DNA of 63,097 nucleotides, counting the filler, from Babesia bigemina (Eukaryota), in assembly GCF_000981445.1 (NCBI RefSeq). It is 17 parts of 17 records of this genome, joined end to end, with 100 filler letters (N's around TTAATTAATTAA, not from the genome) between each part and the next. Parts side by side here need not be neighbours in the genome. Positions count along the whole stretch, not along the records: positions 11,380 to 16,595 come from NW_012237075.1; positions 16,696 to 18,985 come from NW_012237076.1; positions 19,086 to 23,925 come from NW_012237077.1; positions 24,026 to 28,555 come from NW_012237078.1; 13 more parts are not named here. One strand, written 5' to 3'. This document shows positions 11,380 through 24,055 of this stretch, piece after piece (position 1 is the stretch's first letter; each line of letters starts with the position of its first letter). Made by a program: the position numbers and the translations under genes. Below the pieces are notes generated by a model that did not search any database, had not been told where the DNA came from, and worked only from the letters and a program-made list of their open reading frames with translations.

Positions 11380-11952
11380 TGACAATTGTTGAGTAAGAGG
11401 CTTCGAGATTGGGTTATTAAATTCTGATTTGGCGGTTTTAATGCTCTCCGTAAGTTGCTTAAATGCGTTTTTAACGATTTCAACTTCTGCATCTAATCCT
11501 CTCTCATACTCCTGCAGCCCGCTCTTAACCTTCCCAATGGCATAGGCAAATCCCGAAACGCCAAGTCCCTTGCCTATCGAGGATTTTAAAGCTTCAATTA
11601 TGCTTGGCATTTCGTCATTATAATGCGTTAACAAGTCTTTACTTCCCTCAAGGCAACTAACCAAAAATCCCATCACTGCATCACACAGCCTGTCCAGGTC
11701 AGAGTACACAATCCCAGTGCCGTCGTAGCCTTTAGATTCAGAGTTGAAGCCGAGGAAAGTTTCGAGGCCAGTGCAGAAGTTATTGAGGATGTTAGTAGGG
11801 TTATTATTTGAGGTATTTTTAAGGTTTTAAATTTTATCAAATTTCTTGCCAAGCTCACTAGGCGGCACATGGTCAGGGCAGTGGCAAGAGGTGGAAGAGA
11901 GGAAGTGAAGGGTGACAAGGCACAAGTTATTAGGATGGTTTATAGAGGTCAT
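11380..11952 (-). pseudogene. ves1: ves1 5' part with in-frame TAA in leader (11827-11829)
   Basis: Leader ATG at 11952, codon 42 is TAA, then GIVYSDLDRLCDAVMGFL open to the gap. Confidence 0.75.
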
Positions 11953-11981
11953 AGCAATATAAAGGCAAGGTAATTCGAGGA

Positions 11982-12874
11982 ATGTAGAGTGGGTTAGGGA
12001 GCGATGTAGAGTGGATAAAGGGGCGATGTGGAGTGGATAAAGGAGCGATGTGGAGTGGATAAAGGGGCGATGTACAGTGGGTAAAGGGGCGATGTAGAGT
12101 CGGTTAGGGAGCGATGTAGAGTGGATTAAGGGGCGATGTAGAGTGGGTTAAGGAGCGATGTAGAGTGGATAGAGGGGCGATGTAGAGTGGGTTAGGGAGC
12201 GATGTGGAGTGGATAGAGGAGAGATGTAGAGTGGATAGAGGAGCGATGTAGAGTGGGTTAAGGGGCGATGTAGAGTGGGTTAGGGAACGATGTAGAGTGG
12301 GTTAGGGAGCGATGTGGAGTGGGTAAAGGAGCGATGTAGAGTGGGTTAGGGAGCGATGTAGAGTGGATAAAGGGGCGATGTAGAGTGGATAAAGGGGCGA
12401 TGTAGAGTGGGTAAAGGAGCGATGCGGAGTGGGTTAAGGGGCGATGTAGAGTGGGTAAAGGGGCGATGTAGAGTGGGTTAGGGAGCGATGTAGAGTGGGT
12501 TAGGGAGCGATGTGGAGTGGGTTAGGGAGCGATGTAGAGTGGGTTAAGGGGCGATGTAGAGTGGGTTAAGGGGCGATGTAGAGTGGGTTAGGGAGCGATG
12601 TAGAGTGGATAAAGGGGCGATGTAGAGTGTATAAAGGGGCGATGTAGAGTGTATAAAGGGGCGATGTAAGGTGGGTAGAGGAGCGATGTGGAGTGGGTAA
12701 AGGAGCGATGTGGAGTGGGTAAAGGAGCGATGTAGAGTGGGTAAAGGGGCGATGTAGAGTGGGTAAAGGGGCGATGTAAGGTGGATAAAGGGGCGATGTA
12801 GAGTGGGTTAAGGGGCGATGTAGAGTGGGTTTGGGAGCGATGTAGAGTGGGTTAGGGAGCGATGTGGAGTGGAT
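11982..12874 (-). repeat. 22-bp array
   Basis: Reverse complement of the 5715-7590 unit. Confidence 0.97.
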
Positions 12875-12888
12875 AATAATCACCACTT

Positions 12889-13203
12889 GTGACCATGTCA
12901 TCGCTGCCGTGACCATCTCATCGCTGCCGTAACAATAACTTGGTCAGGTGTTTGGTCACCACGTTGGTCAGCACTTTGGTCAACACTTTGGTCAACACAT
13001 TGGTCACCACATTGGTCAGCACTTTGGTCACCACGTTGGTCAGCACTTTGGTCAGCACGTTGGTCAGCACATTGGTCACCACGTTGGTCAACACGTTGGT
13101 CAGCACATTGGTCAGCACATTGGTCAGCACATTGGTCAGCACATTGGTCAGCACCTTGGTCAGCACATTGGTCAACACGTTGGTCAACACGTTGGTCAAC
13201 ACT
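12889..13203 (-). repeat. 20-bp array (12889-12933) and 12-bp array (12940-13203)
   Basis: gaccatgtcatcgctgccgt units, then ttggtcagcac units. Confidence 0.9.
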
Positions 13204-13327
13204 TCAGTTAACTATTACACAATCACATACAACGATTAATAAATTATACAACAGATTAAAGCACAATTCATAAGTTAGGTGAGTAGGTGATGCTAGGTGA
13301 GTGTAGCTAGTAAACACGTGAGTACGA

Positions 13328-16300
13328 TTATGGTTGCAGGTAAAACACTCTGTTAAGCTTGTTAACACGCGCGGCGGCGAGTAGTGATTGAGCAGCAATC
13401 CTATGACTCGAGGGACTATGTAAATGCGATTTGATGTGGAGCAGGTCTAGGCGGATGACCATTATGTGGATGAGGTAGAGGAACGAGAGGCACCAGAGGG
13501 CTAATACGGTGATTGAGAAATTTGTTCTAATATCCCACAAGAATTGATCGATTTGCTTGCGTAATTCAATAAGCAGAGATTTCTCACCAAGCATCAATTT
13601 CAACGCTTCACAGAAATCTTTGCACGTCCTCTGCGTAGCTATATTATTTGCGATGCCACTGAGACCCAATGGATTGCCGAATGTGAAACCGTATTTAAAC
13701 AGATTAGGATGTGTGTTGCGGCACTGTACTATTGACTTGCAATTTTTGTCGTGATTCTTGCCGTCGAGTTTCTTTGCATCAGTGTTATCACTCTTTGACT
13801 CTATTGCTTCATATGCCTTTTTTACTTCGCATCCTTCAGTACAGCATTTTTCATAGCACCTGCTACCAGGCTTCTTGCAGGTTCCACAGCAGTCGTCATA
13901 CAGTTTCTTCAACAGGTCGTAAAAAGTCTCCGTGATGTAAACGATCCAAGACAGGTGATTGGTCTTATGCTTGTTGGAATAATAGCTGTAGGTGTTTAAT
14001 GCCAGTGGCTGAACGTAAAGACCACACGGCTTATTCGAGCCGGTTTTACAGTCAGTGATGCTGATCAGATCACCGTTGGCATGACTGCTTTTGTGTACTT
14101 TACTACTGCACAATGTGCTGGGATCAAGAGCTTCATACTGATTGCCGAAATATGCTTCGTTGATGGCTTCTTTGAATGCCGCTTGAGTATGCGTATGCGA
14201 CTTTGTGACTTCATAAAAGCCGCCAGTGTAATACGCGAGATAACTATAATAATACGCGTATACATCACCTAGCGATTGCGGCGGTTTCTGCATAAGACAC
14301 ATGAAGTAACCACAAAGTTTCGTAAGTGGACTATCCTGCTTTCCACAAAATGCATCAAGCACCTTCCTAAGATGTTCACCGTTTTTAGTATGCGATGCCA
14401 TAACGCTGATTTCATTAAATCCCATCGGTGTCTTACACGGTATGCCGCGATGGTTGGACACCGTGCATTCCAATTTGCAACCTGGTTTCTTTAATGAATG
14501 TGGTAAGAAGCCAGGTAAACCATCCTCTAAGTATGACTGTAACGGTGACTTTACACCGCACTTAGGGTGTAACTCACACGTTTGGTTGACCTTTTGGTTA
14601 CACTTTTGGTCAGCGCATTGCTTTGAATTGCACTTCCAGTCTGACCCACCGATTGCATTGCCATACAAACAACCCCGCCAGCCGGAACAGATTTCGTCGT
14701 TGCAGCATTGGCAGTATACGAAGTAGAGCTGTTGGTAAAGACGATGCAGTATGTCTGCTAGCATATCGATGCATTGGCCGTAGCGAGAGGGGTACGAGAA
14801 GCCTTGCGAATTAGTGTTGAAGTCCACCGCGTATATTCCGTCCGCCTGTCCATGGCCAAGTATCGTCGTCAGTACGTCGTGAGCCTGATGGCATACTTCC
14901 GTCAGTATGCCTGATATTCCTCCAACGGTGATGTTCTCCGGGTAGGCAGGCAGACTATCGGCGTCGTCGGTTTCAAGCAAGATTTCGTCCCCCTCACTGT
15001 TAGCAGCGTTGTTCTCCTCCTTCTCAAACAGCTCACTGAATCCGTTAAATGACAACGGTTGGTAGACAGGATTGTATGGAAAACCGGACAACCATAGCAG
15101 CATTTCGTATACGCTCGACGGTTGCTTGGTGGCGAACATGGTACCGTAGTGGCAGACTTCGTAGTATTCGTGTAGGTGGGTGAACAGTTTCAATAGAATA
15201 CCTTTACCGTGTCTATAGTACTCTTTGTAGTCTTCCCAAGATTTAAAGTCGGTAGGCTCTCTATTGAATTCACCATGATTTCTGAACACTCTACTTAAAC
15301 GCACCGCGACATCTCGACCGGTGTTGTTTTCGTTGATGAGACTCGGAATTTGGTAACCGGATTTTAGTAAATATTTCTGTAGGTCATTCACATCATTATC
15401 AGTTTTCGTTTGTACACGAATTTTACGCCACTCTTTACCGCCGTGGTAGAACAAATGATGCGACTCATTAAAAAGCATCGTCGCGCAAGTCAAAAACACT
15501 TTCGCACCGTGTCTTCCGTCAGTCGTCAGAATCATATTTTGATCGTAGTCCTGCACTTTTTGAGCGCTTTCCTTATTAGGGTCTTTTATCAACCACTGAC
15601 CGATTGCCGGCGAGCCCTCGTACCTACTGACGTACGCCCTCCCAAGTTCACCAATCAATTTGCGAAGTCCACCTTTCATGGCATCAGGCAACTCCGGATG
15701 ATTATGACCAGCGAACGTGGATGGCTGCAGTGCGCTAAGTGTATTAGTAAAATCAGCGAGATTACGGGAGAATGTATGATCAAAGTGATTCGAGGAGGAG
15801 AGGTCGTCGAGCGAAAGGCCGAGCATGGTTTTCACGTTAGCAATTTTGGTGGATGCAACAGTGTCTTTCTTCGTTTGTTGTGCCGTTGAGATTTTAACTT
15901 GATCTTCGACGTATTGGAGCAACTCTTCTAAATACATTCTGACTTGGGTGGTGGCTGTTCGTATTTCCGTTTGTTTTTGTAGCGTGTCGAGATAGGTATC
16001 ATTCGCCTTCATTTTGCCCATCATTCCCTTCAATCCGCTTTCCAGATCTTGCTGAATAATTTCACCAATTTCTGTATATTTCTGAGTGACCAATCCTTTG
16101 AGCGCCTCCAACTCTTTCTCTTTGGTGTCCGCAAACATTCTCAGGGCCTCCTGTTTAATGCTTCTCTTGGCGGTGGCACTATCGCTGGTAACTTTTGAGG
16201 TGATTGTGGATTGGCAGAGATTAGTGGCTTTCTCTAGCGTGCCTTCTTTTAATGTTCTAACTTGTGCATCCAGGGTAGAGGTCACTTGTTGGTTTAGTTC

Positions 16301-16570
16301 GTTGGTCTTTTCATCAATCTGATTCTTCACACCGACCAGCTTTTTGTCGTGTTTATCGTTTTTATCTTTCTTGTCTTCTAGGATAGCGCTAATGTTTCTG
16401 AGCTCCATATTAACTGAGTCGATAACATAAGCAAGTCCTTGCTTTATTTTTTCGGCAGGCATTGACACATCGTTGTTAAGCTTAGTTTGAATTTTTTCGA
16501 TCAATGGTTTCTCAACTAATTTTTTAAGTTCTTCGCCTAGTGCTTTAACACCGTCGATAGCAGCTGTCAA
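13328..16570 (-). CDS. ves1: VESA1-like antigen, 5'-partial, type-B tail (ARVNKLNRVFYLQP)
   Basis: 1080-aa frame with KSPLQSYLEDGLPG, CKTPMGF, TM helix and RLDLLHIKSHLHSPSSHRIAAQSLLAAA tail. Confidence 0.9.
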   Translation of the reverse strand: MTAAIDGVKALGEELKKLVEKPLIEKIQTKLNNDVSMPAEKIKQGLAYVIDSVNMELRNISAILEDKKDKNDKHDKKLVGVKNQIDEKTNELNQQVTSTLDAQVRTLKEGTLEKATNLCQSTITSKVTSDSATAKRSIKQEALRMFADTKEKELEALKGLVTQKYTEIGEIIQQDLESGLKGMMGKMKANDTYLDTLQKQTEIRTATTQVRMYLEELLQYVEDQVKISTAQQTKKDTVASTKIANVKTMLGLSLDDLSSSNHFDHTFSRNLADFTNTLSALQPSTFAGHNHPELPDAMKGGLRKLIGELGRAYVSRYEGSPAIGQWLIKDPNKESAQKVQDYDQNMILTTDGRHGAKVFLTCATMLFNESHHLFYHGGKEWRKIRVQTKTDNDVNDLQKYLLKSGYQIPSLINENNTGRDVAVRLSRVFRNHGEFNREPTDFKSWEDYKEYYRHGKGILLKLFTHLHEYYEVCHYGTMFATKQPSSVYEMLLWLSGFPYNPVYQPLSFNGFSELFEKEENNAANSEGDEILLETDDADSLPAYPENITVGGISGILTEVCHQAHDVLTTILGHGQADGIYAVDFNTNSQGFSYPSRYGQCIDMLADILHRLYQQLYFVYCQCCNDEICSGWRGCLYGNAIGGSDWKCNSKQCADQKCNQKVNQTCELHPKCGVKSPLQSYLEDGLPGFLPHSLKKPGCKLECTVSNHRGIPCKTPMGFNEISVMASHTKNGEHLRKVLDAFCGKQDSPLTKLCGYFMCLMQKPPQSLGDVYAYYYSYLAYYTGGFYEVTKSHTHTQAAFKEAINEAYFGNQYEALDPSTLCSSKVHKSSHANGDLISITDCKTGSNKPCGLYVQPLALNTYSYYSNKHKTNHLSWIVYITETFYDLLKKLYDDCCGTCKKPGSRCYEKCCTEGCEVKKAYEAIESKSDNTDAKKLDGKNHDKNCKSIVQCRNTHPNLFKYGFTFGNPLGLSGIANNIATQRTCKDFCEALKLMLGEKSLLIELRKQIDQFLWDIRTNFSITVLALWCLSFLYLIHIMVIRLDLLHIKSHLHSPSSHRIAAQSLLAAARVNKLNRVFYLQP

Positions 16571-16699
16571 CTTCCCATATATCTTGAGGGCTCGGNNNNN
16601 NNNNNNNNNNNNNNNNNNNNNNNNNNNNNNNNNNNNNNNTTAATTAATTAANNNNNNNNNNNNNNNNNNNNNNNNNNNNNNNNNNNNNNNNNNNNACGA

Positions 16700-18895
16700 T
16701 CAGAGATTCGTTTTGAGATTAGAGAGGTGTTGTTGAATTTCTTGCAAGCTGCCTTCAGCAGCTTTCGCGCCTTTATCCTTCATGCCGATCGTATTTATTT
16801 TCAGGTTGCTTAAGGTAACTTTTATAGATTGGCCTACCTTTTCGAAAGCCCTCAACAGATCACTTAGGTTCGTGGCGATTGCTTCAGACAAGGTATTGAA
16901 AGACGTTACGTTGTTGATTATATTCTTAGCATTCTCAAAATCAGTTTTTGCAGTATCCCTAATCGCACCGATCGCCGCGGGGAGGTGGCCTGCGCTTTTG
17001 ATGGCTTCGAAGTCAGATTTGGAAAGGGAGGACACTTTGTCTTGGTCGACAAAGCCATCGTATTTGGAGAAGGCAGTCGTTGTTTCCAGCGTGACTGTAT
17101 CACCAGCGGCGGTAATCAATTTTCTCCCAAGCTCTTCCGTCACCTCCCTGATCGCGTTGTCGACGGCGAGGGCAAAGTTAATCCTACTGCTGGATGTTCC
17201 AACGGATTGGTTTCCTGTAGCTTGTTTCAATTTCTCTTCAAAATCGCTAGCCGTGGTCAATGCCTCGTTGATTTTGCCGAGATGGCAGTCAGTAGCAAGC
17301 TTCTGAATTTGCTCACCCATTTTTTCAGCAGCCATCGAAAAAACATGCAAAACTATATTTACGGCATTCTTCAGATCTGAGTTGTGTATAACATTTTGTT
17401 TGGAGGGATCCACTTGTAATTCACCTGCCTTCTCTATAGCACTGACTATATGGTCAACACCATTCTGTAGACTTTGCCCATTAAAGTGATCAAGGAATCT
17501 TTTAATCAATTTTAAATCGGTTTCCACATTTCCATTGGTGGCAAGATCCGCTTTGTGAGCTAACGCAATTTCTTTTACCTTGGCTATGACCTTGGTAATG
17601 ATTTGTTCCTTCACCTTAGGAAGCAGTTGTTCACGGTTATTTTGCAGAGTTTCTATTTCGGAAGCATACATGTCAATATGCTCATGCAGGGGACCATTAT
17701 TTGCTACCATCCTTCTCACAATCTCCCTCACCCAATCAGCGACCGTCGCATCAAAGTTCTCAAACGTCTTAACGTAGGTCGGAACCTGCTGACTGATTGC
17801 CCACAGCCCGGTTGGTTTAGTTACGAACCTTCCGCCTACCCCTTCAATGGTCTTTATCTTATTTTTTATAAGGTCGACCATCTCGACCATTGAGTTGTGC
17901 GTTGCCCCTTCCGTGTCTCCAGTCTCAACCACTTTATACAACTTCCCAATCGCCGTCTTAATCCCTTCTACCTGCCTACTAACAGCCTCCTTCACCTTAT
18001 ACAAATCCTTCTTCAGCGCCTCATCCATATCCTTCACCTGCGTAAGCGCTGTTTTAACCCATCCTCCAATCTCTTTCTTAATATGCTTCGCCGCCGCTCT
18101 GAGATTCTCAGCCTTTGTTTTCATATCGTTAGCTAACTTATAAATATCCTCCTTACCTGCACCTTTAGTCTGAACCATCTCACCAATTGCCGCACCTTGT
18201 CTCTTCGCCTTCGTAACGGCCGCGTCGCCTGCCTTCTTCCACGTAGTCAACTGCTCAACATTCTCAATTTTCGCGCTTTTTACGCCCTCCTCAACTGACC
18301 GCTTCGCACCCTCAAATTTCCAGTAGAGATCCGTAGCCTTGTCCTTGAACTCCTTTGCTTTCTCATTGATCTTATCCTGGTTTTGCCAACCCGGTCCTTT
18401 TTGCTCGATTTCTTTCGTGTCCTTAATTGCTTGAGTCACAATTCCTTCCGCATCCTTAATCCACCTCCCCAATTCATTAACATAATTCCAAAGCGTCGCG
18501 CTGATCCTCTGTAGCAATTGCAAAATTGCCGCAACTTTCTCATTCACCTTGCTAACAAGCTCATTGACATCTTGCAAAATTCGCTCATTGACACAGCTTT
18601 TAAGCGTTTTGAGCTTATTACTAATCATACTAGTCATCGCAGCCAAGTTCTCTTTCTGCTTCTTTGACAGTGTCGTAAGCCTCTCAGCCTCATGCGTGAT
18701 ATTGTTTCTTGCATGGGTGATTTTTAATCTCAGGTCAGAATTTATGTCTTTGAATTGCTGTATTGGCTCACCATTAGCACCTGTCCTCCATGCGTTTATC
18801 TCTCTTATGAAAATATTACTATCGAAATTCATACCTTTTTTTGCATACTCGTCGGCCAGCTTAGCGACCAAGGCTTCGGCCTGTGCTGACTTCAT
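16700..18895 (-). CDS. ves1: Internal helical region of a VESA1-like antigen (partial at both ends)
   Basis: LKSCVNERILQDVNELV..ILQLLQRIS..YVNELGRWIKDAE aligns with LKSCINKQVGDDIDKLV..ILKKLREIS..YISELGAWIKEAE of the ORF at 7615. Confidence 0.8.
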   Translation of the reverse strand: MKSAQAEALVAKLADEYAKKGMNFDSNIFIREINAWRTGANGEPIQQFKDINSDLRLKITHARNNITHEAERLTTLSKKQKENLAAMTSMISNKLKTLKSCVNERILQDVNELVSKVNEKVAAILQLLQRISATLWNYVNELGRWIKDAEGIVTQAIKDTKEIEQKGPGWQNQDKINEKAKEFKDKATDLYWKFEGAKRSVEEGVKSAKIENVEQLTTWKKAGDAAVTKAKRQGAAIGEMVQTKGAGKEDIYKLANDMKTKAENLRAAAKHIKKEIGGWVKTALTQVKDMDEALKKDLYKVKEAVSRQVEGIKTAIGKLYKVVETGDTEGATHNSMVEMVDLIKNKIKTIEGVGGRFVTKPTGLWAISQQVPTYVKTFENFDATVADWVREIVRRMVANNGPLHEHIDMYASEIETLQNNREQLLPKVKEQIITKVIAKVKEIALAHKADLATNGNVETDLKLIKRFLDHFNGQSLQNGVDHIVSAIEKAGELQVDPSKQNVIHNSDLKNAVNIVLHVFSMAAEKMGEQIQKLATDCHLGKINEALTTASDFEEKLKQATGNQSVGTSSSRINFALAVDNAIREVTEELGRKLITAAGDTVTLETTTAFSKYDGFVDQDKVSSLSKSDFEAIKSAGHLPAAIGAIRDTAKTDFENAKNIINNVTSFNTLSEAIATNLSDLLRAFEKVGQSIKVTLSNLKINTIGMKDKGAKAAEGSLQEIQQHLSNLKTNL

Positions 18896-19102
18896 TCAAA
18901 TTTCCTGAATCAGGATTATTCCGTAGAATGCTACCTACCACAATTTCGAAGCGTTTTCCATGCCTCTGTCCCATATGGTTTATTANNNNNNNNNNNNNNN
19001 NNNNNNNNNNNNNNNNNNNNNNNNNNNNNTTAATTAATTAANNNNNNNNNNNNNNNNNNNNNNNNNNNNNNNNNNNNNNNNNNNNCGAGACAGCTGATCG
19101 TT

Positions 19103-20810
19103 CCTTATCACTCTACATCGCCCCTTTATCCACTCTACATTGCCCCTTAACCCACTCTACATCGCCCCTTTATCCACTCTACATCGCTCCCTTATCCACC
19201 CTTCATCGCCCCTTACTACACTCTACATCGCCCCTTTACCCACTCTACATCGCTCCCTTATCCACCCTTCATCGCCCCTTACTACACTCTACATCGCCCC
19301 TTAACCCACTCTACATCGCCCCTTAATCCACTCTACATCGCTCCTCTATCCACTCTACATCGCCCCTTTACCCACTCTACATCGCTCCTCTATCCACCTT
19401 ACATCGCCCCTTTATCCACTCTACATCGCCCCTTAACCCACTCTACATCGCCCCTTAATCCACTCTACATCGCTCCTCTATCCACTCTACATCGCCCCTT
19501 TACCCACTCCAGATCGCTCCTTAACCCACTCTACATCGCTCCCTTACCCACTCTACATCGCCCCTTTACCCACTCTACATCGCTCTCTAACCCACTCTAC
19601 ATCGCCCCTTTACCCACTCTACATCGCTCCTCTATCCACCTTACATCGCCCCTTTATCCACTCTACATCGCCCCTTTACCCACTCCACATCGCCCCTTAA
19701 CCCACTCTACATCGCTCCTTAACCCACTCCACATCGCCCCTTAACCACTCTACATCGCTCCCTAATCCACTCTACATCGCCCCTTTATCTACTCCACATC
19801 GCCCCTTTATCCACTCTACATCGCGCCTTTATCCACTCTACATCGCCCCTTTACCCACTCTACATCGCTCCCTAACCCACTCCACATCACCCCTTAACCC
19901 ACTCTACATCGCCCCTTTACCCACTCTACATCGCTCCCTAACCCACTCTACATCGCTCCTTTACCCACTCTACATCGCTCCTTTATCCACTCTACATCGC
20001 TCCTTTACCCACTCTACATCGCCCCTTTACCCACTCCACATCGCCCCTTTACCCACTCCACATCGCCCCTTTACCCACTCTACATCGCTCCTTAACCCAC
20101 TCTACATCGCTCCCTAACCCACTCTACATCGCCCCTTTAACCACTCTACATCGCTCCCTAACCCACTCTACATCGCCCCTTAACCCACTCTACATCGCTC
20201 CCTAATCCACTCTACATCGCTCCTTACCCACTCCACATCGCTCCCTAATCCACTCTACATCGCTCCTTTATCCACCTTACATCGCTCCTTTATTCACTCT
20301 ACATCGCTCCCTAACCCACTCTACATCGCCCCTTAACCCACTCCACATCGCCCCTTTATCCACTCTACATCGCCCCTTTACCCACTCTACATCGCCCCTT
20401 AACCCACTCTACATCGCCCCTTTATCCACTCCACATCGCCCCTTAACACACTCTACATCGCTCCCTAACCCACTCTACATCGCCCCTTAACCCACTCCAC
20501 ATCGCCCCTTTATCCACTCTACATCGCCCCTTTATCCACTCTTCATCGCCCCTTTACCCACTCCACATCGCTCCATAACCCACTCTGCATCGCCCCTTTA
20601 TCCACTCTACATCGTCCCTTAACCCACTCTACATCGCCCCTTATCCACTCTACATCGCACCTTAACCCACTCCACATCGCCCCTTTATCCACTCTACATC
20701 GCTCCTTAACCCACTCCACATCGCTCCCTGATCCACTCTACATCGCTCCTTTATCCACTCTACATCGCTCCCTTACCCACTCTACATCGCCCCTTTATCC
20801 ACTCTACATC
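19103..20810 (+). repeat. 22-bp array
   Basis: About 1.7 kb of 22-bp units. Confidence 0.97.
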
Positions 20811-20872
20811 CCCTGAATCACCTCGCCATATTACCGCTATGACCTCTTTAAACCACAATAATAACTTGTGCC

Positions 20873-23800
20873 TTGTCACCCTTCCGTACCCTTCTGACTG
20901 AGTCCATCGACTGGTTGATCCAGGTTAGGTATGGGAATGGTGATGGTAGGGGTCTTGAGCAGTTGTCTCTAGCTTTGAAAAAGTTGATTGAGGAGGCTAT
21001 AAGTAATGCTGAAAAGTCCCTTACAACCGAAAAATCTAAACTTGAATGCCCCTTCAAATACTCTGATAAGGAGACTTACTGTCAGTACTACCAGAGACTG
21101 CATGACGAGGCTGAGAAAAAATTCAAAGAATCCAAAAAAACCGTTGAAAATATCCCAGATAATCATAGTATTAACTTCTATAAAACATGTCTAGAAGATT
21201 GTATAAAGGCTCACCAAAAACATCCTCCATCTGCTGCCTTGAAGTCTGTTGAAGAGAAGATTGTCCAGCTTGGTCACCTTGCTGGCCAACTTGGAGGATT
21301 TGTTGGTGAGAGTGAGAGTGTTAAGAAAGCCGTTGTGAAGGCTATAAACATCCTTACTGAACGGCAAAAAAAGTGTGAAAATTGTCAAAAACATCTTCCA
21401 AATTCTCATGATTGTCAAGATCCTTCGAATTGTCATGACATCACTCAGCAGATAGAGAAACTTAAGAACTGTGAAAAAGCAAATGAAAGAAACAAAAATA
21501 ATCCAAATGAATTGCTTAATAACCTTTGTTCCGGCCTCGAAAAGTTTCTCGGCTTCAACAAAGATTCCAAAGGCTACGAAGGCAGTGGGATAGTGTACTC
21601 CGACCTGGATAGGCTGTGTGACGGGGTGATGGGATTTTTGAGTGGTGTGCTTGGTGCGGTGAAGGATGAAAATGAAGTGACAACTTATGATAATTACATC
21701 ACTCCAGATGATAATAAGCTTCAAAAAGTACTAGAAGAGGTAAATAATAATATTGGCTCCGGGCGTACTGGGCTTGCGGCGTCTGTCGGCGCGGTGAAGG
21801 GGTGGTTGGAGGGGTATGAAGGTGAAATGAAAACGAGAACAAAAACAGTGACTGGGCCATTAGATACAACAATTCGTGACATATATCAATCTGCGGAATA
21901 TATCAAAACACTGCGTAGTCAAGAATATGATGCCGTCTCAGATAAGTTAGCAGACTGGGCTGACTCTGTCAATAGCTTAGTGACACAACCGAAATCTTCA
22001 TTAGATTCACTTAGAGATTTAGATCCTAACCTAAAAAATAAGTTAGAAACCAACGTCTGCGTAATTTTTAATAGTGTTAATACATTTGTAGAATCCACGA
22101 AACTTGACTATAGCGACTTGGTGGCGGTAGCCAGTAGTGTCGATAGAGACCTTACAACGCTTGAAAGTCAGATTAGTAGCACAGTTACAGAGCAGGTCAG
22201 GGTACTTAAGGAAACGGTGACTAAGGGTATTGACGGTCTTCGTATGCTAGTAAAAGAAGAACTTGAGAGGAAGGTTAAGCTTTTGACTGACACAGTCTGG
22301 AAGTTGCACACTGTTCGACAAAACATTAAGAAGTCCGTTGATGTTATTAATGGAAAATTTGATGAAAAAGATACCTCTCCAAATACGGCCTTGGGGGCTG
22401 CCAGTTTGGCGCAAAATATTGTCACTAATGCTGCGACGCTCCGAGATGATGATCTTGGCAGTTTGTGGGCGGAAATACAGTTGGCGCTTACTGGGCTTAC
22501 CGATGGGATTGCAGATAAGGAAGGTAATCAAGGTCACTTAAATGACATTGTTACTTCTGTAGGAGAGTACGCAACTAATTTCGAGGAGACATTCAAACAA
22601 TCAATCAATGATGCGGTTACGGCGATTGTTGACGGAGAGCCGGTGAAACAGTATTTGTATTCGTATGTTAGCGGGAACAACCACGCAAAAAAATTCAAGG
22701 GCCGTTTTACCGCTGCCGATAATGATGCTATTCTCAAGGTATTCCTTTCAATCGTTCAAAAAAATATTAAAGCAGCACTAACTGCTATTAAAGCCAATCC
22801 AAAGCCTGGATCTCAATCCACTGTAGATGGCCATTTACAAAACGTTCATAAGTATCTTAGCAACTACGCGGAGCAAGTAATACATAAAGTTGCAGATGTA
22901 GTAGGGAAAATTCAAAGTGATTTGCAAGATGGCTACGATTTACAGATGACCGATGTATCCGAATCAGGCTATAATCCGTATCTCAAGTGGGGGGTAGAAG
23001 CCGCCCTAACTGAGTTACAGTCGCTTGCGAAAGGCGCGGAAATAGAAATTCAACGATTCAAATCAGAGATAAATATGGGAAAGTTGACAGCTGCTATCGA
23101 CGGTGTTAAAGCACTAGGCGAAGAACTTAAAAAATTAGTTGAGAAACCATTGATCGAAAAAATTCAAACTAAGCTTAACAACGATGTGTCAATGCCTGCC
23201 GAAAAAATAAAGCAAGGACTTGCTTATGTTATCGACTCAGTTAATATGGAGCTCAGAAACATTAGCGCTATCCTAGAAGACAAGAAAGATAAAAACGATA
23301 AACACGACAAAAAGCTGGTCGGTGTGAAGAATCAGATTGATGAAAAGACCAACGAACTAAACCAACAAGTGACCTCTACCCTGGATGCACAAGTTAGAAC
23401 ATTAAAAGAAGGCACGCTAGAGAAAGCCACTAATCTCTGCCAATCCACAATCACCTCAAAAGTTACCAGCGATAGTGCCACCGCCAAGAGAAGCATTAAA
23501 CAGGAGGCCCTGAGAATGTTTGCGGACACCAAAGAGAAAGAGTTGGAGGCGCTCAAAGGATTGGTCACTCAGAAATATACAGAAATTGGTGAAATTATTC
23601 AGCAAGATCTGGAAAGCGGATTGAAGGGAATGATGGGCAAAATGAAAGACAATCAAACTTTTCTCGACACTCTGCAAACGCAAACGGAACTACGAACAGC
23701 TACCCCCCAAGTCAGAATGTTCGTAGATGTGCTGCTCCAATACGTCGAAAGTGAAGTGCAAACCTCGACTGGGCAAACGAAGAAAGACACAGTTGCGTCC

Positions 23801-23925
23801 ACCAAAATTGCTAACGTGAAAACCATGCTCGGCCTTTCGCTCGACGACCTCTCCTCCCTCGATCACTTTGATCATACATTCCTCCCGTATCTCGCTGATT
23901 TTACTATACACTTAGCGCACTGCAG
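20873..23925 (+). CDS. ves1: VESA1-like antigen with near-complete N-terminus (ESIDWLIQV) but no in-frame ATG upstream; 3'-partial
   Basis: Leader ATG at 20839 stops at TGA 20899-20901 in a different frame. The ves1 frame carries ESIDWLIQV, QLGHLAGQLGGFVG and YSDLDRLCDGVMGFL. Confidence 0.8.
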
Positions 23926-24055
23926 NNNNNNNNNNNNNNNNNNNNNNNNNNNNNNNNNNNNNNNNNNNNTTAATTAATTAANNNNNNNNNNNNNNNNNNN
24001 NNNNNNNNNNNNNNNNNNNNNNNNNTCGAGAATCAGCTTGATTCGTTCTTCAGTT

